Source: Hyphochytrium catenoides (taxonomy: Eukaryota; Protista; Hyphochytriomycota). From it: DNA of 64,000 nt. Shown piece by piece: positions 1 through 10,976 of this stretch; position 1 is the stretch's first letter; every line of letters begins with the position of its first letter. Location: assembly GCA_900088475.1 (NCBI GenBank), contig FLMG01000116.1, forward strand, positions 11,302-75,301, written 5' to 3'. A model generated the notes under the pieces. It made no database searches. It saw only the letters and a list, made by a program, of their open reading frames with translations, and was not told the origin of the DNA. The position numbers were made by a program, and so were the translations under genes.

Positions 1-394
1 GGGCCAGGGTTCCGCTTCTTTCCAGCCACTTCGTCTTCTCTCTTTCGCTTTTTGATATCAGTGTTTCCATTCCCTCCCTTGCCTATCTTCTGGCCCTACA
101 ACGGCTTATTTAGGAGACAATGAAAGGAGTCGCCCAAACCTGACCCGAGCTTGTCTCTTACCTTCTCCATCTCAGCTGGACCGTTCTTCTTACCCTTGCC
201 CATAGTTCAATAAAGGCTCGCCAAGGAAGACGTAGACCGATCGCCCAACGTAGGCGGGCCCGCTTCAAGCGTCTTGTGGCTGGTCCGTAGCGCAGTGTGG
301 GCGGCGATGACCTTTTGCGAGCTCTGACTCTGAAGCTGTCCCCATCATTGCTTTCTGCTGCTGAAGCTTCTGATTCTTCGTCTTCATACACCAA
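1..394 (-). CDS. Possible partial multi-exon gene of unknown product, running off the left edge
   Basis: Open frame YEDEESEASAAESNDGD...WRAFIELWAR followed by GTAAG donor-like sites (~193 and ~161) and a TAG acceptor near 96. The upstream exons could not be joined in phase, and no family was recognised. Confidence 0.25.
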
Positions 395-772
395 CCGACA
401 GCACGCTAGAAATGGCTGGAAGAGCTATTAGCCGTATTCCCGATGAATATGTCATTTACAAGTAATAGGTACGGAAGGATTCGAAATGAGAAGAAGATAA
501 GGATAACTAACCTCAGTTTAGCGCTGGTAACTATATGAGGAAGTCGGTAACGGCCATCCCCATGATTAGAACTCTGCTTTACTGTTCGTACCTGTGTGAG
601 ACAGGATCTGATGCGAATTCTGAAGCTTCTGGCTCCCTTTCTCTTTCTGCCATCTTACCTCGTTAGAAGCATCTAGGTGGTCAGGGGCCGAAGGCTTATC
701 CATACTTTGAGATATCTGTCGTCATAAAGAAGCCAGGCGGCGCTTGCCTTGAAGTCTCACGATACCATCAAG

Positions 773-3366
773 ATGCAGGCAGGATCAAGGATTTTAGTTC
801 GGTAAGGACAAGTTGATCGTTAGCAACCAGTGTAAGGTAACGCACCGGCCTCATGTCGCATACGGATTGCTACATACAGAAGCCGGCTGTTGGCAAGAGC
901 ACCGCAGACTTTGGCTTTAAATACACGAAGCTTCGGTTCGACAAGGGTCCTAGGTGCATCTCACTCACAGGACGATTTACCGATAAATCTGGTGAGCACT
1001 CTAGTCTGCTCTTGACCTCCATTTTTGTAGATTGCCTTGGTGCTGGTACTTCCCTGTTATTTCTCGCTGATAGTCAGCCCCTAGGGCAATCATTCCTTCT
1101 TATCAAGCTGTGTCTTTGTCTTCTCGGTGCCATAGGGCGTCCTTGTTGTTCCTCAGCAGAGGGCATGGGTAGTGGAGCGTTTCGGCAAGTTCCATCAAGT
1201 CTTAGAGCCTGGACTTCATTTTCTCGTCCCAGTGGTGGATCGTATCGCATACGTTCACTCTTTAAAGGAAGAAGCCATCCCAATCCCTAATCAGACGGCG
1301 ATCACTCGTGATAACGTCACAATTAGCATTGACGGGGTCCTGTACCTGAAGATTGTCAATCCCTACGATGCCAGTTATGGGGTAAGCTCCACTTTCATTG
1401 CACTAGAGAGTGACGAAAGACAGGAGCACGTTATTGAGCTAGAAGGCTAGGGGAGGGGAGAGTCACGCTTCTTTACAGCCGAGTCGCAAGCTTAATAGAA
1501 AGGACAGGATGGCCAAGGAGAGGTTGTTAACACAACAGGAAGACAAGACCCCGCGCTTGAGAGAAAGACTCTGCGCTTTTGAACTAGAGAAAGAGATGCT
1601 TGGCCAGGCGTTATTGGACGGGATGGCTGTGATCAGTGCGTAGATGGAGGAGAAACTTGAACGGTCCGGCGGTGATAAGGACGATTGTCCGTAGGTGTCG
1701 GACGAACCACCAACAGCTCCATTTGCCCTTTACATGTAGGTTGAAGATGCGGTCTACGCCGTTACTCAACTTGCTCAAACCACAATGCGTTCGGAGCTGG
1801 GCAAGATCACGTTGGACAAGACCTTTGAAGAGCGCGAGTCTCTGAATGCTAATATAGTGGAAGCTATCAATCAGGCATCAGGAGCCTGGGGAATTCGGTG
1901 TCTACGCTATGAGATTCGTAAGGAACTCCTTTCCCGCTTTCGTTTATGGAATCTTACTGGCTACGTATTATGACGGGAGAAGGCTTCCTGCTCTCTTTAG
2001 CTCTCCCCTAAGATGAACTCCTCAGGTTGCTTGCTAGTGTTATCAGCCTAACAGCTTTCCTTTATCATCTGCTTCTGTGGTCCTTGTCGACGTCAGGCGA
2101 TATCTCTCCCCCTAAAAGTGTCAGGGCTGCAATGGACTCGCAGGTAATGCATTGACCACTGTTGAAGGAGGACACTGAGGTCTGACGAAGACATACTGGA
2201 ACTTTGACAGGCCGAGGCGGAGAGAAAGAAACGTGCAGAGATACTTGAGTCAGAGGGAGAAAGGCAGTCTTACATCAACGTTGCCGAGGTAAGAAAGAGA
2301 CCGCCCTCAGCAGCGAGCCTTTCGTTGCGGAAAGGGTTCAGGAACGAATAGGAGAATATCCTAAGCCATAAAACGCGAGTTTAGTAGCTCTGGGTCATGG
2401 GAGTACTGGGGCGAGTGAAAGGCTGTCAGGAGGGAGCCCAATCAGAATGAAACGCCAGAATTGACTTGAGACAAAATGGCTTTGTATGATGAGAACCTTG
2501 AAAAATGCGATCGTAGAGAGAGTCTGGTCAGTCTAACGTTTTTGATGCACTCTCGTTTAGGGTAAGAAACAAGCTGTGATTCTCCAGGCGCAGGGAGAAG
2601 CAGAAGGAATAATTGCAAGGGCGAAGGCCACCTCGGCGGGTGTCAAAATGTTAGCTCAAGCTACTCGCACTGCGGGAGGAAGCGACGCTGTCTCGCTCAG
2701 GGTGGCAGAACAGTATGTAGAGGCGTTTAAAGAGCTTGCCAAGAAGAACAACACTATTCTACTCCCAGGTAAGGCCCCTTCCTTTAGCAAACCGCTTTGT
2801 TCACGATGTGTCGTCTTCCTTCTTTCAGTCATTATAAGCATCTTATAACTGTCCAGGGATAACTTTGTGCTCTGGCCGGGATCGAGTTGTTCCCATAGGT
2901 CATTCTTCCGTAGCCCGATATGTTACCTTTGATTCAAATTCTCTATTTCTTGGCTGCCTGTATCTCTACACTCTTTCATCCGTACCAATCTTCCATCCCA
3001 CTCTGCTCCCCCACCCATATTCATCATGAAATGGCTCTCACGTACTAACTTTGGCTCTGTCATTCTTCTCCACCAGCGGCGGTAAATGACCCAGCGTCCA
3101 TGATCGCTTCTGCTATGGCTATATATGACAATGTAAAGGACAACAAAGCCAGAGCTAGTCGTGATGAGGAAGTAGAAGACTCGGGCTCCTTTAGTCCGCT
3201 GAGCACCGGAGCCAACAGTGATGATATGGGCGACACACACATGGATTGGCAGGATTTGACGTGGGAGGAGGATGAGAGCCAAAGCAGGGCTGGAAAGGAA
3301 GCTAAGTCCTTCATGAACAATCCAGAGGGCCAGGAACATAGGTCAAGAGATGATAATAAGCCGTGA
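773..3366 (+). CDS. STOML2: Stomatin-like protein 2 (SPFH/band-7), mitochondrial; ~8 exons
   Basis: Spliced translation gives an Arg/Ser-rich presequence MQAGSRILVRSRLLARAPQ, then GVLVVPQQRAWVVERFGKF...TAITRDNVTISIDGVLY, AQTTMRSELGKITLDKTFEER, LRYEIRDISPP, AEAERKKRAEILESEG, LRVAEQYVEAF..LAK.NNTILLP. GT-AG introns keep the phase. Confidence 0.93.
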
Positions 3367-3555
3367 GAGGAATATGAGCTTTACGAGGAAGGAGGGGTGA
3401 AGGAGGGGGGCCATTGCTCTCAGGGGGCCAGTGCTGACACAGCTTCTGTCATAGGCGTTAGGGGTATATTGATCCCCTGTCACTGCGTGAAGGACTGTCT
3501 TCCATTAACATTTGGTCAATATCGTACAACAGAAACATCTGGATAATAGGCTCGT

Positions 3556-5302
3556 TTACTTCTCCTCCGCCCAGTAATCAATAATGTCCAGAGCAACCTC
3601 ACAGCTTTCCTTGACGACCAGCTCTGCATCATCCTTGTACCTTTTGAAACAGGAGAAAGAGAGCAAATATGCCGATGTATTGTCAGCTTCTGATGCTTGA
3701 TTGATTGAGAAGGCGACATTGGTTGCGTACTTTTCAAGGACATTTTCGCATTCCGGAGTCCCAATGGCTCCCAGAGCCTCAGCAGCCTCATGTCGCACCA
3801 TACGATGCTCTTCGCTATCTTCAAGAACCTAATAGGAAGATCGTTAGATGACTCAGGCCCCATCGTACTCCATAGCGGCCGCATCTTACCTTGATTAGGC
3901 TCGGGACAGAAGCAGGATGCATCATCTGGCCGAAGACGTAAGCTACCTCGTGTCTGAAGAGAGCACTTTTATCTGAGAAACCCTCCGCCAGCGCCTGACG
4001 TTTGTGAAAGAAAAGGATAAGCAACGACTGAGACGGCACGATAAGCAATCACGAAGTCCGAGTCCTACCAGAACATCCTGGTCCGAACCGCGGTTGCGCA
4101 GTGAGAACATGGCTCGGTAGCGGTCAAAGAGGGGCTTGGAGGTGTCCAGCAGAATGTCCTTGAGCTCGTTGGTCGTCAGCTCCGCCTTCAACGCTACTGG
4201 AGGTGCTGGGTCTACTGAATAGTATTTACTCTTCTCAATCAGGCCACTTCCCTCTTCTTCAGCTTTCTGCCGGTGATAAGAAGAGAAGACCATCTCAGTT
4301 TGTGGGGAGAGTCATGGTTTAAGACAGCAAGATATCAGAAGCCAAGGACTTTCGGTGCGTGGTGTTTGGTGGTGAGCAAGACGGCCGAGACTTTGAGAAG
4401 GAGGGTAACAATCGGGTACTCGATGGCCGGAGAGGAACGTGAAACTCCACGCGAGCGACAAGAAGTAAGAAGATGGAACATTAGTCGTACCTGAGTCTGG
4501 CACCACTTCACTCTATCCAGAGCTATCTCACAAGTCTCACTCACTTCAGGGGCAGGATCTGCACAGAACTCCTTCAAGGGGCTCAGAGCCTTATCTGAGC
4601 CAATGGCGCCAAGGGCCTCTGCGGCCTGGAAGAACAGAGTCAGAGGGCTAGGCTGCCTAACAAGATGAAAAAGAGACCGTCTGGGAGACGAAACAAGCAA
4701 TGTGTAGAAGAGCTTCAAGTTCAGGCATTCTGGAAGAGAGGGACTGACACAGCGAAATGATGATCCTCTAATGAAAATTAAGGTCATTAGGAGGTCAGAG
4801 AACCACAGCAAACTCATGTCAGGAGATGAAAGTCACAATAGAGCCTGGCGAGGAAGGGATAAGAAAGACAGAGACAAGAGGACATGAATTTGTCCGGTAA
4901 CCCAATCCAAACGTACAACTTTGAGAGAAATGCTGGCACATACGGGAGCAAAAGTTTACCTCGTGCCTAACCATTACATCGTCACCCACATCCCTCAGCA
5001 CTGACTCTAGAACGGGACATGCTGACTCCTGACCTAGCTGTCCTAACACATAGGCCAACTCATGCCGCATCAACGCGGAGTCCGCCTTATTTTGGAGCGC
5101 TGCGATGAAGTCTTTAGCCAGAAGTAAGCGGAAGACAATAGAAGATAGAGATGGTTTTCGAACCTTTCGCGATGATCTCTACAGCTTCTTCACCCCCTTT
5201 TGTCCTCAAGTAAAAGACGGCACGCGTCCGCTTCCCGATGGGCTCACTGAGGTCGAGGAGGCATCTGCCCAACTTCTCATAGCTCAAGTCCTCGACCTTC
5301 AT
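3556..5302 (-). CDS. DOHH: Deoxyhypusine hydroxylase (HEAT-repeat diiron enzyme); multi-exon
   Basis: Four His-Glu motifs ([52 protein letters not shown]), plus [20 protein letters not shown] and [10 protein letters not shown]. Confidence 0.95.
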
Positions 5303-5581
5303 CCTCCTAGTGGCAGATAGAGTACGACGTAGCTGGCTTATCGAGTGCTTCAGGCGACGTCAGTCCCACACAAAGAATTCCAGCCGCTCAATCAAAGAGC
5401 TGTGAGGCTGCCTCAGCGCTAGCAGCCGGTAAATCGCTGTTGGAGGCGGAGCCAGGTGTGGGACGACCGTGGAAGCCCGAAGTTCCCGTTACTCTTCACC
5501 TACAGATGATGGGAGGACCAGTGCCTGTGTCTCAATAATGCAACCACTTCTCATGCCAACGCTGTCGTGACAAGCTTCATA

Positions 5582-5760
5582 GTCTCTCCCTTTCCTGTGT
5601 CTCTCTTTCCTTTGTCTCTCTTCCTCTTCCTCTCTCGCTTCTCTCTCTCTCTTTCTCTCTTCTTTCTCTCTTTCTCTCTCTTCTCTTTTATGACCTTTCA
5701 TAGTAATTTGAGAACTCTTTCTTTGTCCTTTGCTAGGGCCAGTCCTTTCTGTCTCGTTCA
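5582..5760. repeat. CT-rich low-complexity/microsatellite tract between DOHH and ATAD3
   Basis: Runs of (CT)n/(CTTT)n are directly visible. Confidence 0.8.
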
Positions 5761-6151
5761 GAAGTTCATCTACCTGATCAGGTCTCATTGATGGAGTACA
5801 ACGCACATGCCATCATTCTAAACCAACATAGCAATATCTAGAAAACACACTTCATTTCTATCCTTTATCCTTGATCAGGTTTGTGTGTTCGTCGCATCTT
5901 TGCGTTGTATGTCGCCATCAGAACCTCTGTCAATTGTCATTCAGCAGCCATCACCACCCATCAAAGGCAAACCACAGGAAACCTTCAAACCTTTCTGCAC
6001 TTGCAAGTTTCTCCGAGTCTTTATTACAAGACAAGGCAATAATCTATAAGAGAATTTAATCTCTGAATCTTTCACTGCGGACTCGACTGTGGGAATTTGA
6101 GATATAGGGATGGGTTTTGTATTGGTTGGTGAGAGGACAGAGAGCACATGC

Positions 6152-6292
6152 ATTCTGTCTTTCTCTCTTTCTCTCTCTCTCTTTGTCTCTCTCCTTGACT
6201 TATCCCCGCTATCCCCTCTTTGCAATCATCTCTCTTTCTCTCTCTGTTTCTCTCTCTATCTCTCTGTCTCTCTTCCTCTGCTCTCACTCTAT
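6152..6292 (+). repeat. CT-rich tract ending in ttgcag; likely polypyrimidine tract of an ATAD3 5'-UTR intron
   Basis: (CT)n run followed by attgcag at ~6291-6297, about 220 bp before the ATAD3 ATG. Confidence 0.6.
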
Positions 6293-6514
6293 TGCAGCCC
6301 GCAGCCACATCGCGTCTTAGTGACGCCCACACCTGTCGCTTCAAGAATCATCAGAGCCTCAGAGATCTGCAGCTTGTCACGGATGCCCCAGACTGCACAG
6401 TGATAGTCCCGACTCCGTGATTAGAAGACTCCGGTTCAGAGAACTCTCCGACCAGACATCAAGCAGAGATCGTAGATTCGCCTCGTTAGAGATTGTAACA
6501 ACCCAAGCAGAAAG

Positions 6515-8269
6515 ATGAATTTTGGCTTCGGTCGTGCAAAGGAGCCGTCCCAAGCTCCTACTGGCGGGTCCGATGCTGCTCCGCCTCCTCCTCCGCCACC
6601 GCCTGAGAAAAAGAGCGGCGGCTCACCATGGCACAATTTTGACCCTTCTGGTCTGGAGCGGGCAGCCAAAGCAGCCAGAGAGCTCGACCAGTCTCGCAAC
6701 GCTAAGGCTGCTGCGGATATTGCCTTAGAACAGGAGCGGTCCAAGCAGATTGAGTACCAAGCGAAAGTGAAGGAACAGGAAGCTGCTTACGAAGCTTACA
6801 AAGCACAGAGGGTGCAGAAAGAATATGAGGAAAAGCGAAAGACTATAGATTATGAGACGCAGCAGCACCAGCAGCGCGCTCGTTACCAAGATGAACTCAA
6901 GCGCAAGCAATATGCTGACCAGCTAGCAGCGCAAAAATACATGAAGGAGCAGGAACTGAAGAAGCAGGAAGAGATGATCGCCAGACAAGAAGCCCTCCGA
7001 CGCAAGACTTTGGATCATGAAGCTGAGCTCAGGCAGCGTACTGAGATGGCCAGAGTTGCAGCCGAGACAGAGGGTCGCATCAAACAGGAACGGATGAACC
7101 ACGATCTTCACCTTGAGCAAGCCCGTCTGAGAGCTAAGGAACAGCGTGAGACCGTGCTCGAGTCCATCAGACTCATGGGTCAAACGGTAGGCAAAGGCGT
7201 TGATGAATTTTTAGGTGATAGTCAGAAGATGACTTCCGCGGTTGCGACTGTCACCTTTGTTGCCCTCGGTATTTATGCTGCCAAAGTGGGAACGAACGTG
7301 ACCGGTCGGTACATTGAAGCTCGTCTAGGGAAGCCGTCTCTGGTGAGGGAGACTTCCCGCCGCAATATGCTCCAGACTCTTGGCAACCCAGTCCCAGCCA
7401 TCAAGCGGATGTTTGCGAAGGCTGATGATGCCCTGCAGGGCGTAGTGTTGGCTTCAGACATCAACCATAAGCTCCAAGTTATTGCTCGTTCAACATTCAA
7501 TACCAAGAAGAACCGGGCACCGTTCAGAAACGTTCTATTTTATGGTCCTCCTGGTACCGGAAAAACACTTTTCGCCAAGCGTCTGGCGAAGCACTCAGGC
7601 CTAGAGTACGCTGTACTTACCGGTGGAGATGTGGCGCCACTGGGCAGACAAGGCGTCACAGAGATCCATAAGCTCTTCGACTGGGCGGAGTCTAGTCGTC
7701 GTGGCCTCCTACTGTTTGTAGATGAGGCTGATGCATTTCTGCAAAAGAGAAGCAATCAGACCATGAGCGAGGACCTGCGAAACGCTCTCAACGCTTTTCT
7801 TTTCCGGACAGGAGAAGCAAGCAACAAATTTATGGTTGTCTTCGCGACAAATGAGCCTGAGCAGTTTGACTGGGCCATCAATGATAGAATTGACGAGATG
7901 GTTGCATTCAGAGTCCCAGGTCTTGATGAAAGAATCCGGATGCTCGGCATGTACTTCGAGAAGTATGTTCTAACGCCACCTACTAGGTGGTCTAAGAAGA
8001 TTATAGTTGATTCAGAGATCAACATGGAGAAGTTGCAAACTGTGGCGGAGAAGCTTGAAGGGTTTTCTGGTAGAGAGATCTCCAAGCTAGCTATTGCCCT
8101 GCAGGCTGAGGCCTACGGTTCTAGTGACGCAAGACTGACTGAGGAGATGCTGGACTCTGTCGTGGCAGATCATATGCGTCAGCACGAACAGAAGCAGATC
8201 TGGTACAAGGCTGACCATGTGGGTCACGAACACATGCACAAGCCTGATGCCATGAAACTCGTCACCTAA
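6515..8269 (+). CDS. ATAD3: ATPase family AAA domain-containing protein 3 (single coding exon, 584 aa)
   Basis: Pro-rich N-terminus, FDPSGLERAAKAAREL, coiled coil, TM segment, RLGKPSLVRETSR, Walker A GPPGTGKT, Walker B LLFVDEADAFL, DWAINDRIDEMV, GFSGREISKL. Confidence 0.96.
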   Translation: MNFGFGRAKEPSQAPTGGSDAAPPPPPPPPEKKSGGSPWHNFDPSGLERAAKAARELDQSRNAKAAADIALEQERSKQIEYQAKVKEQEAAYEAYKAQRVQKEYEEKRKTIDYETQQHQQRARYQDELKRKQYADQLAAQKYMKEQELKKQEEMIARQEALRRKTLDHEAELRQRTEMARVAAETEGRIKQERMNHDLHLEQARLRAKEQRETVLESIRLMGQTVGKGVDEFLGDSQKMTSAVATVTFVALGIYAAKVGTNVTGRYIEARLGKPSLVRETSRRNMLQTLGNPVPAIKRMFAKADDALQGVVLASDINHKLQVIARSTFNTKKNRAPFRNVLFYGPPGTGKTLFAKRLAKHSGLEYAVLTGGDVAPLGRQGVTEIHKLFDWAESSRRGLLLFVDEADAFLQKRSNQTMSEDLRNALNAFLFRTGEASNKFMVVFATNEPEQFDWAINDRIDEMVAFRVPGLDERIRMLGMYFEKYVLTPPTRWSKKIIVDSEINMEKLQTVAEKLEGFSGREISKLAIALQAEAYGSSDARLTEEMLDSVVADHMRQHEQKQIWYKADHVGHEHMHKPDAMKLVT

Positions 8270-9095
8270 TGAGAGGAATACAGCCAGGTGCAGAAAAGAG
8301 AAAATAGGTGAGCGGCACTGGTTCCACGCAATCCGTCGAAAGCTGTCTGCAGGGGCACCTCGCTCAAACATCAGTCTTCGATAATCTCGAGACTACAGAG
8401 CAGCTTCTGCTCTTATCAAGATGGTGTGCTTATGATTCCGGTGGTCTAGGTTGGGAGGGCACGTCCCGACCTTCACGTTGCAGATCGCATTGTGCCCACC
8501 TGAGTAGCGGGCGAAGGCTGTTAGGTCCTTAAACCTTAACTCATAGTAACCTGGTACAGCGGGCACTAATAAATGCACCTCCTGAAGTTATAAAACTATA
8601 TATAAGTGCGATAAGGCTAGCAGTTACGCTGTATCCTGCTTGTCACAGGGAGGGGCGCATATGATCGAGGCTTCCGAGCGCTAGATATTAGGCAGTTACC
8701 TCGCCGCCTCCTTGCTACTATGTACCTATGCCACCAGACTGAACAGACTTGAGACTACCACACACGTTAAGCTCAACGAAGAGTCTTCCTTACGTTCAGC
8801 TAGCCACTCCTCTCCTTCAAGGGCCACTGTTCCACCTCTTTTGGCACCAAATAAAGAAAGGTTAATGAATAACAGTTCAAGGCAACAGATGAAGCCACGG
8901 GATGCGAAGCCCTCAGCTATAGAGTTTCTGGCTGTACGAGATCCCGGCGCTAGATGTCATCAGAGGCACTTCGGGTCCTTCACATTCGCTGGACATTGCA
9001 AGAGGGAGTATGAAACACATAGGTTGAGATCGCGTCCTTTATTGCAAACGGGCTTACTAGGTGCTACGAAGAGTGATACAGGAGTACTCAGCAAA

Positions 9096-9889
9096 TTAGA
9101 AGCGGAGCTTCTTGAAGAAGTACTGTACGCCACTGGCCTTCTTCTCGGATTTAGTGGCGGTCTGGTTCAGGTAGCTGCATCAAGGAAGAGATTGTGGGAT
9201 TAGGAAAAGATAGGCACTCTCGAGCTAATAACTGGCTATAAGGAAAACCTACCGGTCCTCGAAAACCTTCTTGATCTTGGCACGAGTCTCCTTTCTGGTC
9301 TCTGGAGCGGTAAGAGCCGCGTCATCGACCACCTTCTTGAGGTCGATGTCCACAGCGTATCTGGTGGGCATCAGGTGGTTGTAGTTGACCGACTTAATGA
9401 AGGGCTTAACCTTTGAGCGCTTCTTGATCTTGTTCTTGCCCATGCTGCGGGTCACCTGGCGAGGGTATCTGTCGATGCCAGCCACTGCATTGAGAAGAAG
9501 ACGGAAGAGTGAATATCGACCATTGCGTACTCTCCACCTAACTGAGATGTAACACTCTTACCAATAGCGTGGCCAAACTTCCTCTCGCTGTTTCCCTCAT
9601 CATAGGTCTTGATTACGACAGCCTTGCGGCCGGCGAATCTGCCCTGAAGGACGATGACAACCTTTCCACTCTTGATGCTGGGAAGTGAGACAGTATTAGA
9701 AAACGTACATGTGTAATTTGAAGCTCAATGACCGAGACATTAGCATTCGACAGCCACCACAACAAGCTACAGAGGCCTCTATGTAGCATCTACAACTGTC
9801 TTGCTCTGACAGCTAGACAGCTTGTGAAAGCTCTCTCTCTCTATACCCCGACATCTCTAAGAATGTAGAGGCCAAACTTACATGCCCAT
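9096..9889 (-). CDS. RPL27: 60S ribosomal protein eL27; 4 exons, with an 8-nt first coding exon (9889-9882)
   Basis: Spliced MGIIKSGKVVIVLQGRFAGRKAV...AGIDRYPRQVTRSMGK...SKVKPFIKSVNYNHLMPTRY...YFFKKLRF*. Confidence 0.96.
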
Positions 9890-10976
9890 GGTTGCTGAGT
9901 GGCTCCGATCTGCACGCGACAGAATATTTGTGACGCAGATCTCAGTGATAGCGAGAAAGAGACAGAGCTTCACGAAGGACAGCACCAGGAGCAGAACGCA
10001 ATAACTCACTGGATGGCCGCCGCGAGTTGGCGCGAAACTACCGTTAACGGCTTTAGGTAGTATAGAAGCTAAGGACAAATATAGCCGGTAAGACACTCTC
10101 CCAACCAGTGGCTTCAGCCAATGACTTTGTCCTTGATGTACTGAAGGAAAAAACTAGTAAATTTGGTTACTTTAAGACAGATCTTTCCTCCATTAGTTCT
10201 TGGTTCTTCATAATCTGTGCTCTGAAGATCTGGGATCTGGGAAAGCTCTGGGTTTGGAGAATTTCTTCCCTCCGTTGCAGTCTTCAACACCAGCAGACGT
10301 CTGCAGAACAGTGTCTGCCTTACGTCTCTATTATTAGCATCCTGTAGAGAGAGGTTTATAGCAGGGGCCTCCATATCAAGCATATGGGATATTAACGGTA
10401 GTGAAATGAGACTTGAATGCTAGGGAGGTTCATGGCGAATGAAGGCGGCCCAAAGATAAATATACTACCAAGTTCTTGTACAGTGTCTTCGCGACCATGA
10501 CGGACGAGCGAAGTTCTATCAGAACAGATAGATTCAGTTTCTAATCTTCACGAAAGGGGAAGTTAGCCAAGGGCGGTGCACCGTTGGCGCTCAACCATCT
10601 ATAGCCCGTGCTGCTGGAAGACAGCGAAATATGTATAACGGGCATGCCAAGAGCAAAGAAGTTGAGAGCGCGCAATAGTAGGAAAGGCCCTGGATTGTCT
10701 GTCTGGAGAGTGAGAGAGATGTTACTTATACATGCACCTAAGTGGTTGTGCATCAGTCTTATTAGCTTGTACCGAGCGGCCTAGGAATCGGATACGTCGC
10801 CTTCACAGCCAGCATAAGAGGTTAGACGGATTCTGGAGTTGACGCAGAGAAATCTCTACTTATTGACGAGTATCCGTCCGAGAGTCTGTCTTTTCCTGTC
10901 CCTCTAACTGCACGTCTTCTTCGGATTCACATACAGCGAGTCCGAGCGAGGAAGCTAAAGCAGAGCAGCAGTCTTA

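Noticed and set aside
5489-6420. Several ORFs rich in S/L/F or R/E (also at 13739-14856)
   Set aside because: Translations of CT/GA microsatellites in UTR or intron DNA, apart from the true exon at 14338-14117.
8712-9203. 163-aa plus-strand ORF downstream of ATAD3
   Set aside because: TTG start, no motif, and overlaps the RPL27 last exon and 3' UTR in antisense.
9678-9881. Possible snoRNA in RPL27 intron 1 (hairpin gctacagagg/cctctatgtagc)
   Set aside because: No C/D boxes or convincing H/ACA layout on the sense strand.
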